A DNA stretch of 64,000 bases from an uncultured Treponemataceae bacterium (GTDB lineage: Bacteria; Spirochaetota; Spirochaetia; Treponematales; Treponemataceae). The stretch spans positions 35,753 to 99,752 of the forward strand of contig CAYJIS010000002.1 of assembly GCA_964370315.1 (NCBI GenBank), in the 5' to 3' direction. A model generated the notes under the pieces. That model did not search any database, was not told where the DNA came from, and worked only from the letters and a program-made list of their open reading frames with translations. Shown piece by piece: positions 45,573 to 54,102 of this stretch (the stretch's first letter is position 1; each line of letters begins with the position of its first letter). Made by a program: the position numbers and the translations under genes.

Positions 45573-46898
45573 ATGAGTGAAAATAAAATTTCTACCGAAT
45601 TTAGTTTTGGTGGCTTATTAAAGTATGCCTTCCCATCTACCATTATGATGATGTTTATTTCTTCATATACAATAGTGGACGGTCTTTTTGTTGCTCGTTT
45701 TGTAAGCACAGATGCTCTTTCTGCAATAAACATTGTATTCCCTCTACAACAATTATTTGGCTCAGTAGCATTTATGTTTTCTACAGGTGGAAGTGCTTTA
45801 ATTGGAGCTTTACTAGGTCAAAAAAAAGACTTCGAAGCAAACAGAATTTTTTCTCTTCTTACCTTAACAATTTTTCTTTTTACCGTAGTTTGCATTATTG
45901 TTGTGTTTATTTTTGCTGAACACCTAACACTCCTTCTTGGAGCAGACGAGATACTTTTACCGTATGCAGTAACATATTTGCGAATATTTGTTTTACTTGC
46001 CCCAGCTCAGGCTCTGCAGTTCATATTTCAAAGTTTTTTTATCACTGCTGGAAAACCAACTCTCGGCTTAGTAACCACCGTGGCGGCAGGTTTATTTAAC
46101 ATTCTTTTTGACTATATTTTTATTGTTCCTCTCAACATGGGCATAGCTGGTGCTGCACTTGCAACAGGACTTGGGGCTTTTATTCCAACAACCGCAGGTC
46201 TAATATTTTTCTTTTCAAACAAAAAAGGCTTACACTTTCAACCTCCTGCAATAGCCCTTTGGGCAATAAAAAAAACATGTACAAACGGTTCTTCTGAAAT
46301 GGTAACAAACCTTTCTGGAGCCATCACAACACTTGTATTTAATCTTCTAATGATGCGTTTTGCAGGGTCAGATGGGGTTGCATCTCTTACTGCAGTTTTG
46401 TATGCTCAGTTTGTTTTTACAGCCCTTTTCATTGGCTTTTCTATGGGAGTTGCCCCTGTTATTAGCTACCATTTTGGAGCTGAAAACAAAAAATATTTAC
46501 ACAAAATACAAACCCAATGTTTTATATTTATTATAGTTGCCTCTATAATAATGTTTTCCTTAGCTTTTTTTGGATCATCTCTAGTAGCCCTTGCTTTTGC
46601 GAACAAAGGGTCAAGTGTTTACTCCTTAATTGAACATGGCATGAAACTCTTTTCTTTCTCTTTTCTTTTTTCAGGAATTAATATTTTTGCATCAAGCCAT
46701 TTTACAGCATTGTCAGATGGAAAAACATCTGCCCTTATTTCTTTTTCAAGAACCTTTGTTTTTATTGTACTTGGAATTATTATTATGGCTAAACTATTTC
46801 AAATAAATGGAATGTGGCTTTCTATTCCATTTGCAGAAGCGATGACAATAATCCTCGTTGCTTATGTATATAAAAGAAAGTCAAAAAAAGATTGCTAA
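45573..46898 (+). CDS. MATE-family efflux transporter
   Basis: 441 aa, 12 TM helices. The N-terminus LLKYAFPSTIMMMFISSYTIVDGLFVARFV is typical of MATE proteins. Confidence 0.85.
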   Translation: MSENKISTEFSFGGLLKYAFPSTIMMMFISSYTIVDGLFVARFVSTDALSAINIVFPLQQLFGSVAFMFSTGGSALIGALLGQKKDFEANRIFSLLTLTIFLFTVVCIIVVFIFAEHLTLLLGADEILLPYAVTYLRIFVLLAPAQALQFIFQSFFITAGKPTLGLVTTVAAGLFNILFDYIFIVPLNMGIAGAALATGLGAFIPTTAGLIFFFSNKKGLHFQPPAIALWAIKKTCTNGSSEMVTNLSGAITTLVFNLLMMRFAGSDGVASLTAVLYAQFVFTALFIGFSMGVAPVISYHFGAENKKYLHKIQTQCFIFIIVASIIMFSLAFFGSSLVALAFANKGSSVYSLIEHGMKLFSFSFLFSGINIFASSHFTALSDGKTSALISFSRTFVFIVLGIIIMAKLFQINGMWLSIPFAEAMTIILVAYVYKRKSKKDC

Positions 46899-46976
46899 AT
46901 CGCATTTGCAACCATTATATTCTCCCCTTGTCAACTTATAGGGTTTATGTTAGAATAAAAGTACATAGGAGGAGCT

Positions 46977-47942
46977 GTGAAAGTACTTGTAATTGGTGGC
47001 GCAGGCTACATCGGAAGCCATGTTGTAAAAGAATTGATGGCTGAAAACCATTCTGTATGTGTTTTTGACAATTTTTCTTCTGGATTAAAAGAAAATCTTT
47101 TTTCTCAAAATGAACTTATTGAAGGTGATATACTAAAGACAGAGGATCTTGACGCAGCTTTTACTAAAAACTTTGATGCCTTTATACATTTAGCAGCATT
47201 CAAAGCTGCAGGCGAATCAATGATTATCCCTGAAAAATATTCTGTAAATAATATAACAGGAACCTTAAACATACTTAACTCTGCTGTAAAACATAACTGC
47301 AAATATATGGTTTTTTCTTCTTCAGCGGCCATATTCGGAGAACCTCAGTATTTACCTATGGATGAAAAACATCCTAAAAACCCAGAAAACTATTATGGGT
47401 TCACAAAGCTTGATATTGAATCCTATATGGACTGGTATGATAAACTTAAAGATTTAAAATTTGCGTCTCTGCGCTATTTTAATGCTGCAGGATATGATCC
47501 AGACGGCGTACTTACTGGCTTAGAAAAAAACCCTGCGAACTTACTGCCAGTAATTATGGAAGTTGCTTGTGGAATGAGAAAAGAACTTCAAGTTTTTGGA
47601 CAAGATTATGACACAAGAGATGGCACATGCATAAGAGATTATGTTCATGTAAAAGACTTAGCAATAGCACACGTAAAAGCATTAGATTATATTAAAAGCA
47701 AAAACGAAAGCATAAAAGTTAACTTAGGAAGCGAAGTTGGAATTACGGTTACAGAAATGCTTGAAACTGCGCGACGAATAACAGGAAAAGAAATACCAAC
47801 AAAATACGTTGAGCGCAGAGCAGGAGATCCTGCATGCTTGTATGCAACATCTGCCTATGCAAGAGAAAAACTCAACTGGAAAGCAGAGTGCTCTGATGTT
47901 GAAGCCTTAGTTAGTTCAACATGGAATGTCTATAATAAATAA
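46977..47942 (+). CDS. galE: UDP-glucose 4-epimerase
   Basis: 321 aa. GTG start 6 nt after AGGAGG. GGAGYIGSH; catalytic SSS...YGFTK; RYFNAAG. Confidence 0.9.
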   Translation: MKVLVIGGAGYIGSHVVKELMAENHSVCVFDNFSSGLKENLFSQNELIEGDILKTEDLDAAFTKNFDAFIHLAAFKAAGESMIIPEKYSVNNITGTLNILNSAVKHNCKYMVFSSSAAIFGEPQYLPMDEKHPKNPENYYGFTKLDIESYMDWYDKLKDLKFASLRYFNAAGYDPDGVLTGLEKNPANLLPVIMEVACGMRKELQVFGQDYDTRDGTCIRDYVHVKDLAIAHVKALDYIKSKNESIKVNLGSEVGITVTEMLETARRITGKEIPTKYVERRAGDPACLYATSAYAREKLNWKAECSDVEALVSSTWNVYNK

Positions 47943-47947
47943 AGGTT

Positions 47948-49186
47948 TTGCAAGTGGAAGCGCAAGCATTTAAAACTGTTTTTACTTACCTTGAAAACAG
48001 TAAAGATACAGTTATTGAGTTACAATCTCTTTTAACTTCAATAAAGGCCATAGCACCAGAAAGCAATGGGGACGGAGAAATTGAAAAATGCATTGCCCTT
48101 GAAAAATGGTTGGTTAAAAATGGAATAACCAATCTAGAGCGCTTTGATGCACCAGATTCTCGTGTTTCTTCTGGCATTCGACCAAACCTTCTTGCTACAA
48201 TTGAAGGAGAAAACAGAGAAAACCGAATTTGGATTATGGCACACATGGATGTTGTGCCCGAAGGTGATATTTCTCTTTGGAATTCAAATCCGTGGGAACT
48301 TGTAGAAAAAAATGAAATTCTTTATGGACGAGGCGTTGAAGATAATCATCAAGGCTTAGTGTCTGGAATCATTGCAGCACTTGCATTTACAAAAAACCAA
48401 ATTAAACCCAAGAACACCATAAAACTGCTTTTTGTTGCAGATGAAGAAGTAGGTTCTGCGTACGGTATTCAGTATTTGTTAGAAAAGCACTCCTTATTTA
48501 AAAATACAGATATAATAATTATACCTGATGCGGGAGATGCAAAAGGCGAAACAATTGAAGTTGCTGAAAAAACAGGATTGCTACTCAAATTTATAGTAAA
48601 AGGACAACAAGCCCACGGCTCTCGTCCCGACTTAGGTTCAAATGCATGCATTGCAGGTTCGGCTCTTGCTCTTTTATTGCATGATTTAGAAAACCACTTT
48701 AACCAAAAAGATGATATTTTTGAATCAAATTACTCTACCTTTCAACCTACAAAGCGAGAAGCAAATGTACCAAATATAAACACCATTCCTGCGGAGGATA
48801 TTTTTTACATGGACTGTAGAGTTCTACCTTGTTATGAAATAGATAACATCCGCACAGAAATAAAATCTCGAAGCAAAAAGATAGAAACCCAATATAATGT
48901 AACAGTGAAATTTGAAGAAGAAAAAACAAAAAAAACACCACCAACACCAATTGATGCACCCGTAGTAAAGGCTCTAACAAAGGCCCTAAAAGAGCTTAGA
49001 GGCATTACAGCGAGACCAATTGGCATTGGAGGAGGAACGGTTGGTGCCTTTCTCAGATTAAAAGGCTATGATGTAGCAGTATGGTCAACACTTGATGATA
49101 CATGCCACATGCCAAATGAAAGTAGTTCAATAAAAAATACAATTGAGGATGCAAAGGTTTTTGCATATATGTTTGGAGGTAAATAA
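47948..49186 (+). CDS. M20-family metallopeptidase/deacylase (ArgE/DapE-like)
   Basis: 412 aa. HMDVVPEG, ADEEVGS, GRGVEDN. The start is ambiguous: TTG at 47948, or GTG at 47954, which has better RBS spacing. Confidence 0.82.
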   Translation: MQVEAQAFKTVFTYLENSKDTVIELQSLLTSIKAIAPESNGDGEIEKCIALEKWLVKNGITNLERFDAPDSRVSSGIRPNLLATIEGENRENRIWIMAHMDVVPEGDISLWNSNPWELVEKNEILYGRGVEDNHQGLVSGIIAALAFTKNQIKPKNTIKLLFVADEEVGSAYGIQYLLEKHSLFKNTDIIIIPDAGDAKGETIEVAEKTGLLLKFIVKGQQAHGSRPDLGSNACIAGSALALLLHDLENHFNQKDDIFESNYSTFQPTKREANVPNINTIPAEDIFYMDCRVLPCYEIDNIRTEIKSRSKKIETQYNVTVKFEEEKTKKTPPTPIDAPVVKALTKALKELRGITARPIGIGGGTVGAFLRLKGYDVAVWSTLDDTCHMPNESSSIKNTIEDAKVFAYMFGGK

Positions 49187-49187
49187 C

Positions 49188-49784
49188 ATGAAAAAAGTAT
49201 TTGGTCTTGTATTAGCAATAGCATTATTAGCAGGATGCACTTCTATGAACGTTGAGCGAATAGACGCTAGTACACAAACAGATTTGAGTGGCTATTGGAA
49301 TGACACAGATGTACGTTTAGTAGCAGATTCACTCGTAAAAGAATGTGTTTCTGCTGCAGCTATAACAAATTACATTCGAGAAAATCAAGAATTACCCGTA
49401 GTAATTGTTGGTTCCTTTAGAAATCAAAGCGATGAGCATATTGATACATCAATTTTGTCTCAAAAATTTGAAGTAGCTCTTGTTAACAGCGGCAGAGTTG
49501 ACTTTGTTGCTGATGCAGAACAAAGGGAAGATCTTCGTCAAGAAAGAGTAGAACAACAAGAATGGGCAAGCGAAGAAACCGCTAGCCGTCTTGCCAATGA
49601 AACCGGAGCAGATTTTATGCTCGTGGGTACAGTAAAAACAATTGTCGATGCCTATGATAACGAATCTACTAGAACGTACTTTATAACAGCCGAATTAATC
49701 GATATCGAAACTAACAGAAAACTCTGGATTGGAGAAAATTCTGAAATAAAGAAGTTTATTACGAAGCCCCGAGCTCGTTTTTAA
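49188..49784 (+). CDS. LpoB-like (COG3417-type) lipoprotein, putative penicillin-binding-protein activator
   Basis: The track ORF starts at 49143. The ATG at 49188 follows GGAGGT and gives MKKVFGLVLAIALLAGC (lipobox). The VVIVGSFRNQSDEHID and ADFMLVGTV segments resemble LpoB. Confidence 0.65.
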   Translation: MKKVFGLVLAIALLAGCTSMNVERIDASTQTDLSGYWNDTDVRLVADSLVKECVSAAAITNYIRENQELPVVIVGSFRNQSDEHIDTSILSQKFEVALVNSGRVDFVADAEQREDLRQERVEQQEWASEETASRLANETGADFMLVGTVKTIVDAYDNESTRTYFITAELIDIETNRKLWIGENSEIKKFITKPRARF

Positions 49785-49787
49785 TGT

Positions 49788-51179
49788 ATGCCGAAAACAC
49801 AGGATATAGTACATAAAACATGTATCTCAAATATAAAGGAGTTTTTTTTATTTAAAAAAAGACTCCTTCTAATCCTGTGTTCTTTTCTTTTCTTTTCCTG
49901 TTCGTCTACCAGAGAATTTAATACTATAGACAACAATGCCTTCTCGGGCAATTTTTCGCAAGCACAAACACATTTAGAAGAAAACAAAGAAAGTCTGTAC
50001 TTAAAAACAGACCAAGTTTTATATAACCTAGATTCAGGAATGTTATTTCATTTCGAAGGTAACTATGCAGAATCAAACATGAGGTTATCCCAAGCAGAGA
50101 GATTAATCGAAGACTATTATGCAGTAAGCATTACACAATCAATAGGATCATATATGCTAAACGATAACATAATAGACTATGCTGGTGAGGACTTCGAAGA
50201 TATCTATACAAACCTATTTATGTCAATTAATTACATTCAATTGGGAGAAACTGACTCTGCCTTTGTAGAAATAAGAAGGTTTAACAACAAGCTTCAACTA
50301 CTATCACAAAAGTATTCTCAGGCTCTTGTGGAGGCCCGAAATCAAGTTGCTTTACAAGGCTATAATGCTGAAGGCCTCCTCCCTCAAGGGATAGAAAATC
50401 AAACAATCGAATTTTACGATTCGGCATTTGCAAGATATGTAAGTATGCTCTTATATAGATCTCAAGGGAACCTTGATTCGGCCCAAATAGATAAAAAGTT
50501 TATAGAAACAGCATTTGCAACACAATCGCAACTATACCCCTTTCCGGTGCCCGAAGCAGTTGATGAAGAGTTGAATATCCCAAGAAACAAAGAAAGACTA
50601 AACTTTTTTACTTACACGGGATTAGCCCCTGAAAAAGAAGAAGAAATTATTCGCCTTTCTGGACTTGTTGGAGGAAGTTGGTTTAAACTTGCCCTCCCTA
50701 TTATGAAAAAAAAACCTTCGATTGTTTCTTCAATAACGGTTCATGCAACAGATGAAAATGGAAATGTTTTTACTGATAATCTAGAAATAATTGAAAGCAT
50801 TGAAAATATAGCGACAGACACATTTCAGCAGCGACAAGGATTAATTTACTTAAAAACCCTTGTTCGTTCAATTTCAAAAACTGCAGTCAATTCAACAATA
50901 ACAAGTGCAATTTACCAAAGCGAGGCAAGCAGTTTGGCTCTTTTGTATAATTTGGCAGCCGATGTTTTTATAGAAGTTTCAGAAACGGCAGACCTAAGAT
51001 CATCTAGGTATTTTCCAGCCAATGTATGGGTCGGGGGAATTAACCTAGACACAGGAACATACACGGTACAAGTGACAGGTTTTGACAGTTTTAACAACAT
51101 AGTGTATGATACAATAACAGAAAATGTTGAAGTTAAAGCAAATAAGGTTAACTTAGTGGAGAGCGTATGCTTACAATAA
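49788..51179 (+). CDS. Hypothetical lipoprotein (COG3014-like)
   Basis: 463 aa. Lipobox FFSC at residues 35-38, preceded by an unusually long n-region. No catalytic motif recognised. Confidence 0.6.
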   Translation: MPKTQDIVHKTCISNIKEFFLFKKRLLLILCSFLFFSCSSTREFNTIDNNAFSGNFSQAQTHLEENKESLYLKTDQVLYNLDSGMLFHFEGNYAESNMRLSQAERLIEDYYAVSITQSIGSYMLNDNIIDYAGEDFEDIYTNLFMSINYIQLGETDSAFVEIRRFNNKLQLLSQKYSQALVEARNQVALQGYNAEGLLPQGIENQTIEFYDSAFARYVSMLLYRSQGNLDSAQIDKKFIETAFATQSQLYPFPVPEAVDEELNIPRNKERLNFFTYTGLAPEKEEEIIRLSGLVGGSWFKLALPIMKKKPSIVSSITVHATDENGNVFTDNLEIIESIENIATDTFQQRQGLIYLKTLVRSISKTAVNSTITSAIYQSEASSLALLYNLAADVFIEVSETADLRSSRYFPANVWVGGINLDTGTYTVQVTGFDSFNNIVYDTITENVEVKANKVNLVESVCLQ

Positions 51180-52201
51180 ATAAAATATTACCATTCATAA
51201 TACTATCAAGTTTTGTAACACTTGTATCCTGCACAAGCACAAAAATGCAGTCGTCAACAACACCACCTGATTGGGTAATAAACACATCGTCTGCTTACCC
51301 TGAAAGTGAATATATAGCAGCGGTAGGGTTTTCAACAGATAGAAACTCGGCTGAAGCACAGGCTATTTCTAATGTAAGTAAAATAATACGCCAAAAAGTA
51401 GAGGCCCAAAGTACAGCTACACAAGTATTTGAAAACAATTTAACAGAACAAACAAACACCCTTGAAACTAATGTAAAAACAAGTACCATTTTAGACGAAA
51501 TAAGTGGCATAAAAATACAAGAAATATGGATAAACAACACAGGAACAGTGTACGCCTTAGCAACAATAAACAAAAATGAAACAGGTGCATATTACAGAAA
51601 TAAAATCAAAGACAATGAAGCTGCAATTAATGCATTAATTAATGTTATGTTAAACAACGAGGCAACATTTGAGGGAATAGATGCAATTGAAAAGGCATTG
51701 GCTATAGCAAAGGAAAACGCAATCTACATAGACATGCTGGCTGTTATTAATCCTTCAATGTATAAAAGCCTCTCTTTAGCGTATCAAAGTGACACAGCCC
51801 TTGAAGTGGTTGCTCAAAAGGAAAGAGAAAAAATTGTAGTTAGTATTTTTGTTCAAAATGACTCTAACGGCAGAATTGCATCAATGCTTAGCACCCTATT
51901 TTCTAACAATGGATATAAAACCAGCATTGCAACTTCAAGCAATGAAAACTCTTACGCCTACACCCTCAGCGCAAACCTTTCAGTAGAAGACCTTGAAATG
52001 ACCTCAACCCAAAACAATGAATACGTGCGCTTTGTATTAGATACAAAACTTATAAACAAAGCTGGGAAAACACTTCTTGCTTGGAACACAAACGGCAGAG
52101 AAGCACACTTTACACACAACGAAGCCGCCCAAAGGGCAATTAGAACAATCGAAGAAAGAATTCAAAAAGAATATAAAAAAGAATTAGAAAAATTTCTATA
52201 A
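51167..52201 (+). CDS. LPP20-like lipoprotein
   Basis: 344 aa. Lipobox LVSC. YPESEYIAAVGFSTDRNSAEAQAISNVSKII resembles the LPP20/FlgT-type N-terminal domain. Overlaps the previous gene by 13 nt. Confidence 0.55.
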   Translation: MLTINKILPFIILSSFVTLVSCTSTKMQSSTTPPDWVINTSSAYPESEYIAAVGFSTDRNSAEAQAISNVSKIIRQKVEAQSTATQVFENNLTEQTNTLETNVKTSTILDEISGIKIQEIWINNTGTVYALATINKNETGAYYRNKIKDNEAAINALINVMLNNEATFEGIDAIEKALAIAKENAIYIDMLAVINPSMYKSLSLAYQSDTALEVVAQKEREKIVVSIFVQNDSNGRIASMLSTLFSNNGYKTSIATSSNENSYAYTLSANLSVEDLEMTSTQNNEYVRFVLDTKLINKAGKTLLAWNTNGREAHFTHNEAAQRAIRTIEERIQKEYKKELEKFL

Positions 52202-52334
52202 AAAGGGCAGTTCCTCAAGCAAGCTTGAGGTCGCGCTTTTCGCCTTTGCGTTTCACTCCATTCGTCGCCATATCCATAATCGACGAACGCCTTCGGCGAG
52301 GCTACAATCGCTACTGCTCTCTGCAAACCAAGAA
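52202..52334. other. GC-rich hairpin-dense intergenic island between convergent genes (possible small RNA or compound terminator)
   Basis: Hairpins: CCTCAAG-caag-CTTGAGG (52212-52229), TTCGTCG/CGACGAA (52260-52266 and 52280-52286), CGCC-ttc-GGCG (52287-52297). Composition is clearly more GC-rich than the flanks. Confidence 0.3.
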
Positions 52335-53993
52335 CTAATACACTATAGCGTAAATATCACCTGTTTCGCGTTCAATGCGTTTACTTATTTCAACGGTACA
52401 AGACAGTGCTTCTGCATGTTTTACAAAATATTTGGGGTCTTGACTATACGGACTTAATAGATCATCTGGGTGATAATTTAATTGTACTGTTGTTTCTTTT
52501 CCCTCTGCTATATAGCTTGAAATAGCAGCATTTAAATCAATTACATCAAGAAAAAAACGAATAAGATGCTTAAGATTCATTTTTGTATATACTTTTTTAA
52601 CAAATTCTTTTTGTAATAAAACTATTTCTTCAAAAGAAATCTTTTTTTTCTTTGAAACACCTTTCTCTTTTAAGAATATCATGAATTCAAACAAAACCTG
52701 TGAAGGTTTCTTTTGAATTCCTTTAACTAATGATAAAAACCATGGTACGGCTCTTCCTTGAGTATAAAAAAGTGCCGCAGCAAATGAAAAGTCTACTGCT
52801 TTTTCAATGTCTTTTTTTGAAAAGGTAGAAGTTTCTTGCACCAAGTAAGGAGCCTCTTTCATAAATGTAAGATGCAATTCATTTGCCCTATCAAATAAAT
52901 CAGTACCAGGTAAAACAGCTAATTGAAAAATTTCTACATGGTTTGGATATAATTCTAAAGCAAAATCAATACTCTTAAGAAAAGATTCATACGTTTCACC
53001 AGGTAATCCATAGATTATATCAAAGCCAAAAACAACTCCAGCTTCATTTAACAAACCAATATTTCTCACAAACTCTTTTTTATTAAAAGGCCTCTTAACC
53101 AATGCCAATACTTTTTCATTTGATGATTGTAATCCAATTTGAAGGGAGCATAATATTTTTGAAAAAGCCTGTACCAGTGATTTATCTAAAAGCTCAGCTC
53201 TGCATTCAAAGTGAAAAAATATATTTGCCTCTTTCTTTTCAATATACCGAAGTAATTCTAAGGCCCTGTTTTTTTCGACATTATATGTTGGGTCTAAAAC
53301 AAACACTTGTGCAATATCAGCCTTCACAAAACTATCTAATTCTTCATATAATCGTTTTTTTGGAAAATATCGCACCTTTTTTTCACCCTTAGACTCATAA
53401 CAGTAAGAACAAGAATAAGGACATCCACGAGCAAGCTCCCAAAGAGCTCCAGAATACTTTGTAGCATCAAGTGTTTTATCTAAATAAGGAGAAGAAAGAG
53501 ATTCAAGGTCACATGTTTTAGCAAATATTACGTTTTCGGTTGGTTTTTTGTTTTCTTTTAAAAAAGTCTTTATAATACTGCTAGTTGCAACTTCTCCTTC
53601 TCCACAAACTACGCAATCGAATATGGTATGAGGTTTTTTTAGAAAACTGGTTGCATTCGCACTAATCTCTGGGCCACCTGCAATCAAAAAAACAGTGGGA
53701 CAGCTTTTTTTTACAATTCCAGCTACCTCATAAAGAAGATGTCTGTTCCAAACATATACGGAAAAACATACTACTTGCGGTTTTTTTTCAATAATTTCTT
53801 TGGCAATAATCTCTGCTTGCTTTTCAAGGGGTTTGTGCATTAAAGATTCTTGTTCAGGCGAGAAATCAAGTATTTCTACATCAATCCCTGATACACTTTT
53901 TTTTAGAGCAGAAGCTACACAAGCAGCACCCAAAGGAAGAGCTTGTGGAGAAGTTTCAACGAGAATCGTCGTGCATATTACCAATTGTTTCAT
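52335..53993 (-). CDS. B12-binding-domain radical SAM protein
   Basis: About 552 aa. The N-terminal Rossmann-like B12-binding region is followed by ARGCPYSCSYCYES (CxxxCxxC). The start is the ATG at 53993 or the TTG at 54011. Confidence 0.82.
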   Translation of the reverse strand: MKQLVICTTILVETSPQALPLGAACVASALKKSVSGIDVEILDFSPEQESLMHKPLEKQAEIIAKEIIEKKPQVVCFSVYVWNRHLLYEVAGIVKKSCPTVFLIAGGPEISANATSFLKKPHTIFDCVVCGEGEVATSSIIKTFLKENKKPTENVIFAKTCDLESLSSPYLDKTLDATKYSGALWELARGCPYSCSYCYESKGEKKVRYFPKKRLYEELDSFVKADIAQVFVLDPTYNVEKNRALELLRYIEKKEANIFFHFECRAELLDKSLVQAFSKILCSLQIGLQSSNEKVLALVKRPFNKKEFVRNIGLLNEAGVVFGFDIIYGLPGETYESFLKSIDFALELYPNHVEIFQLAVLPGTDLFDRANELHLTFMKEAPYLVQETSTFSKKDIEKAVDFSFAAALFYTQGRAVPWFLSLVKGIQKKPSQVLFEFMIFLKEKGVSKKKKISFEEIVLLQKEFVKKVYTKMNLKHLIRFFLDVIDLNAAISSYIAEGKETTVQLNYHPDDLLSPYSQDPKYFVKHAEALSCTVEISKRIERETGDIYAIVY

Positions 53994-54057
53994 TCCTATA
54001 GTATACCACAAAAAAGAGCTTTTGTCTTTTTTTCGTCTTTCGCATGCATGTCAGAAA

Positions 54058-54090
54058 CAAAAAAAAACGAGGTCTACAACCTCGCTTTTT
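54058..54090 (-). terminator. Rho-independent terminator after the 54103-55767 gene
   Basis: The minus strand reads GCGAGGT-tgtag-ACCTCG followed by T9. Confidence 0.65.
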
Positions 54091-54102
54091 ATATTAGTTT
54101 TT

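Noticed and set aside
49143-49187. A 15-codon extension of the LpoB-like ORF that overlaps the M20 peptidase gene.
   Set aside because: The ATG at 49188 follows GGAGGT and yields a canonical lipoprotein signal peptide. The extension would bury that signal peptide.
52202-52456. The reading frame of the LPP20-like gene stays open for about 84 codons past its TAA stop, which could indicate read-through or a C-terminal extension.
   Set aside because: The extension runs through the GC-rich spacer, where stops are rare by composition, and then antisense into the convergent radical-SAM gene. There is no recoding signal or coding-like periodicity, so it is most likely chance.
53994-54102. Cobalamin riboswitch upstream of the B12-binding radical SAM gene.
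   Set aside because: The leader is under 100 nt, AT-rich, and mostly occupied by the terminator of the upstream gene. There is no B12-box-like sequence.
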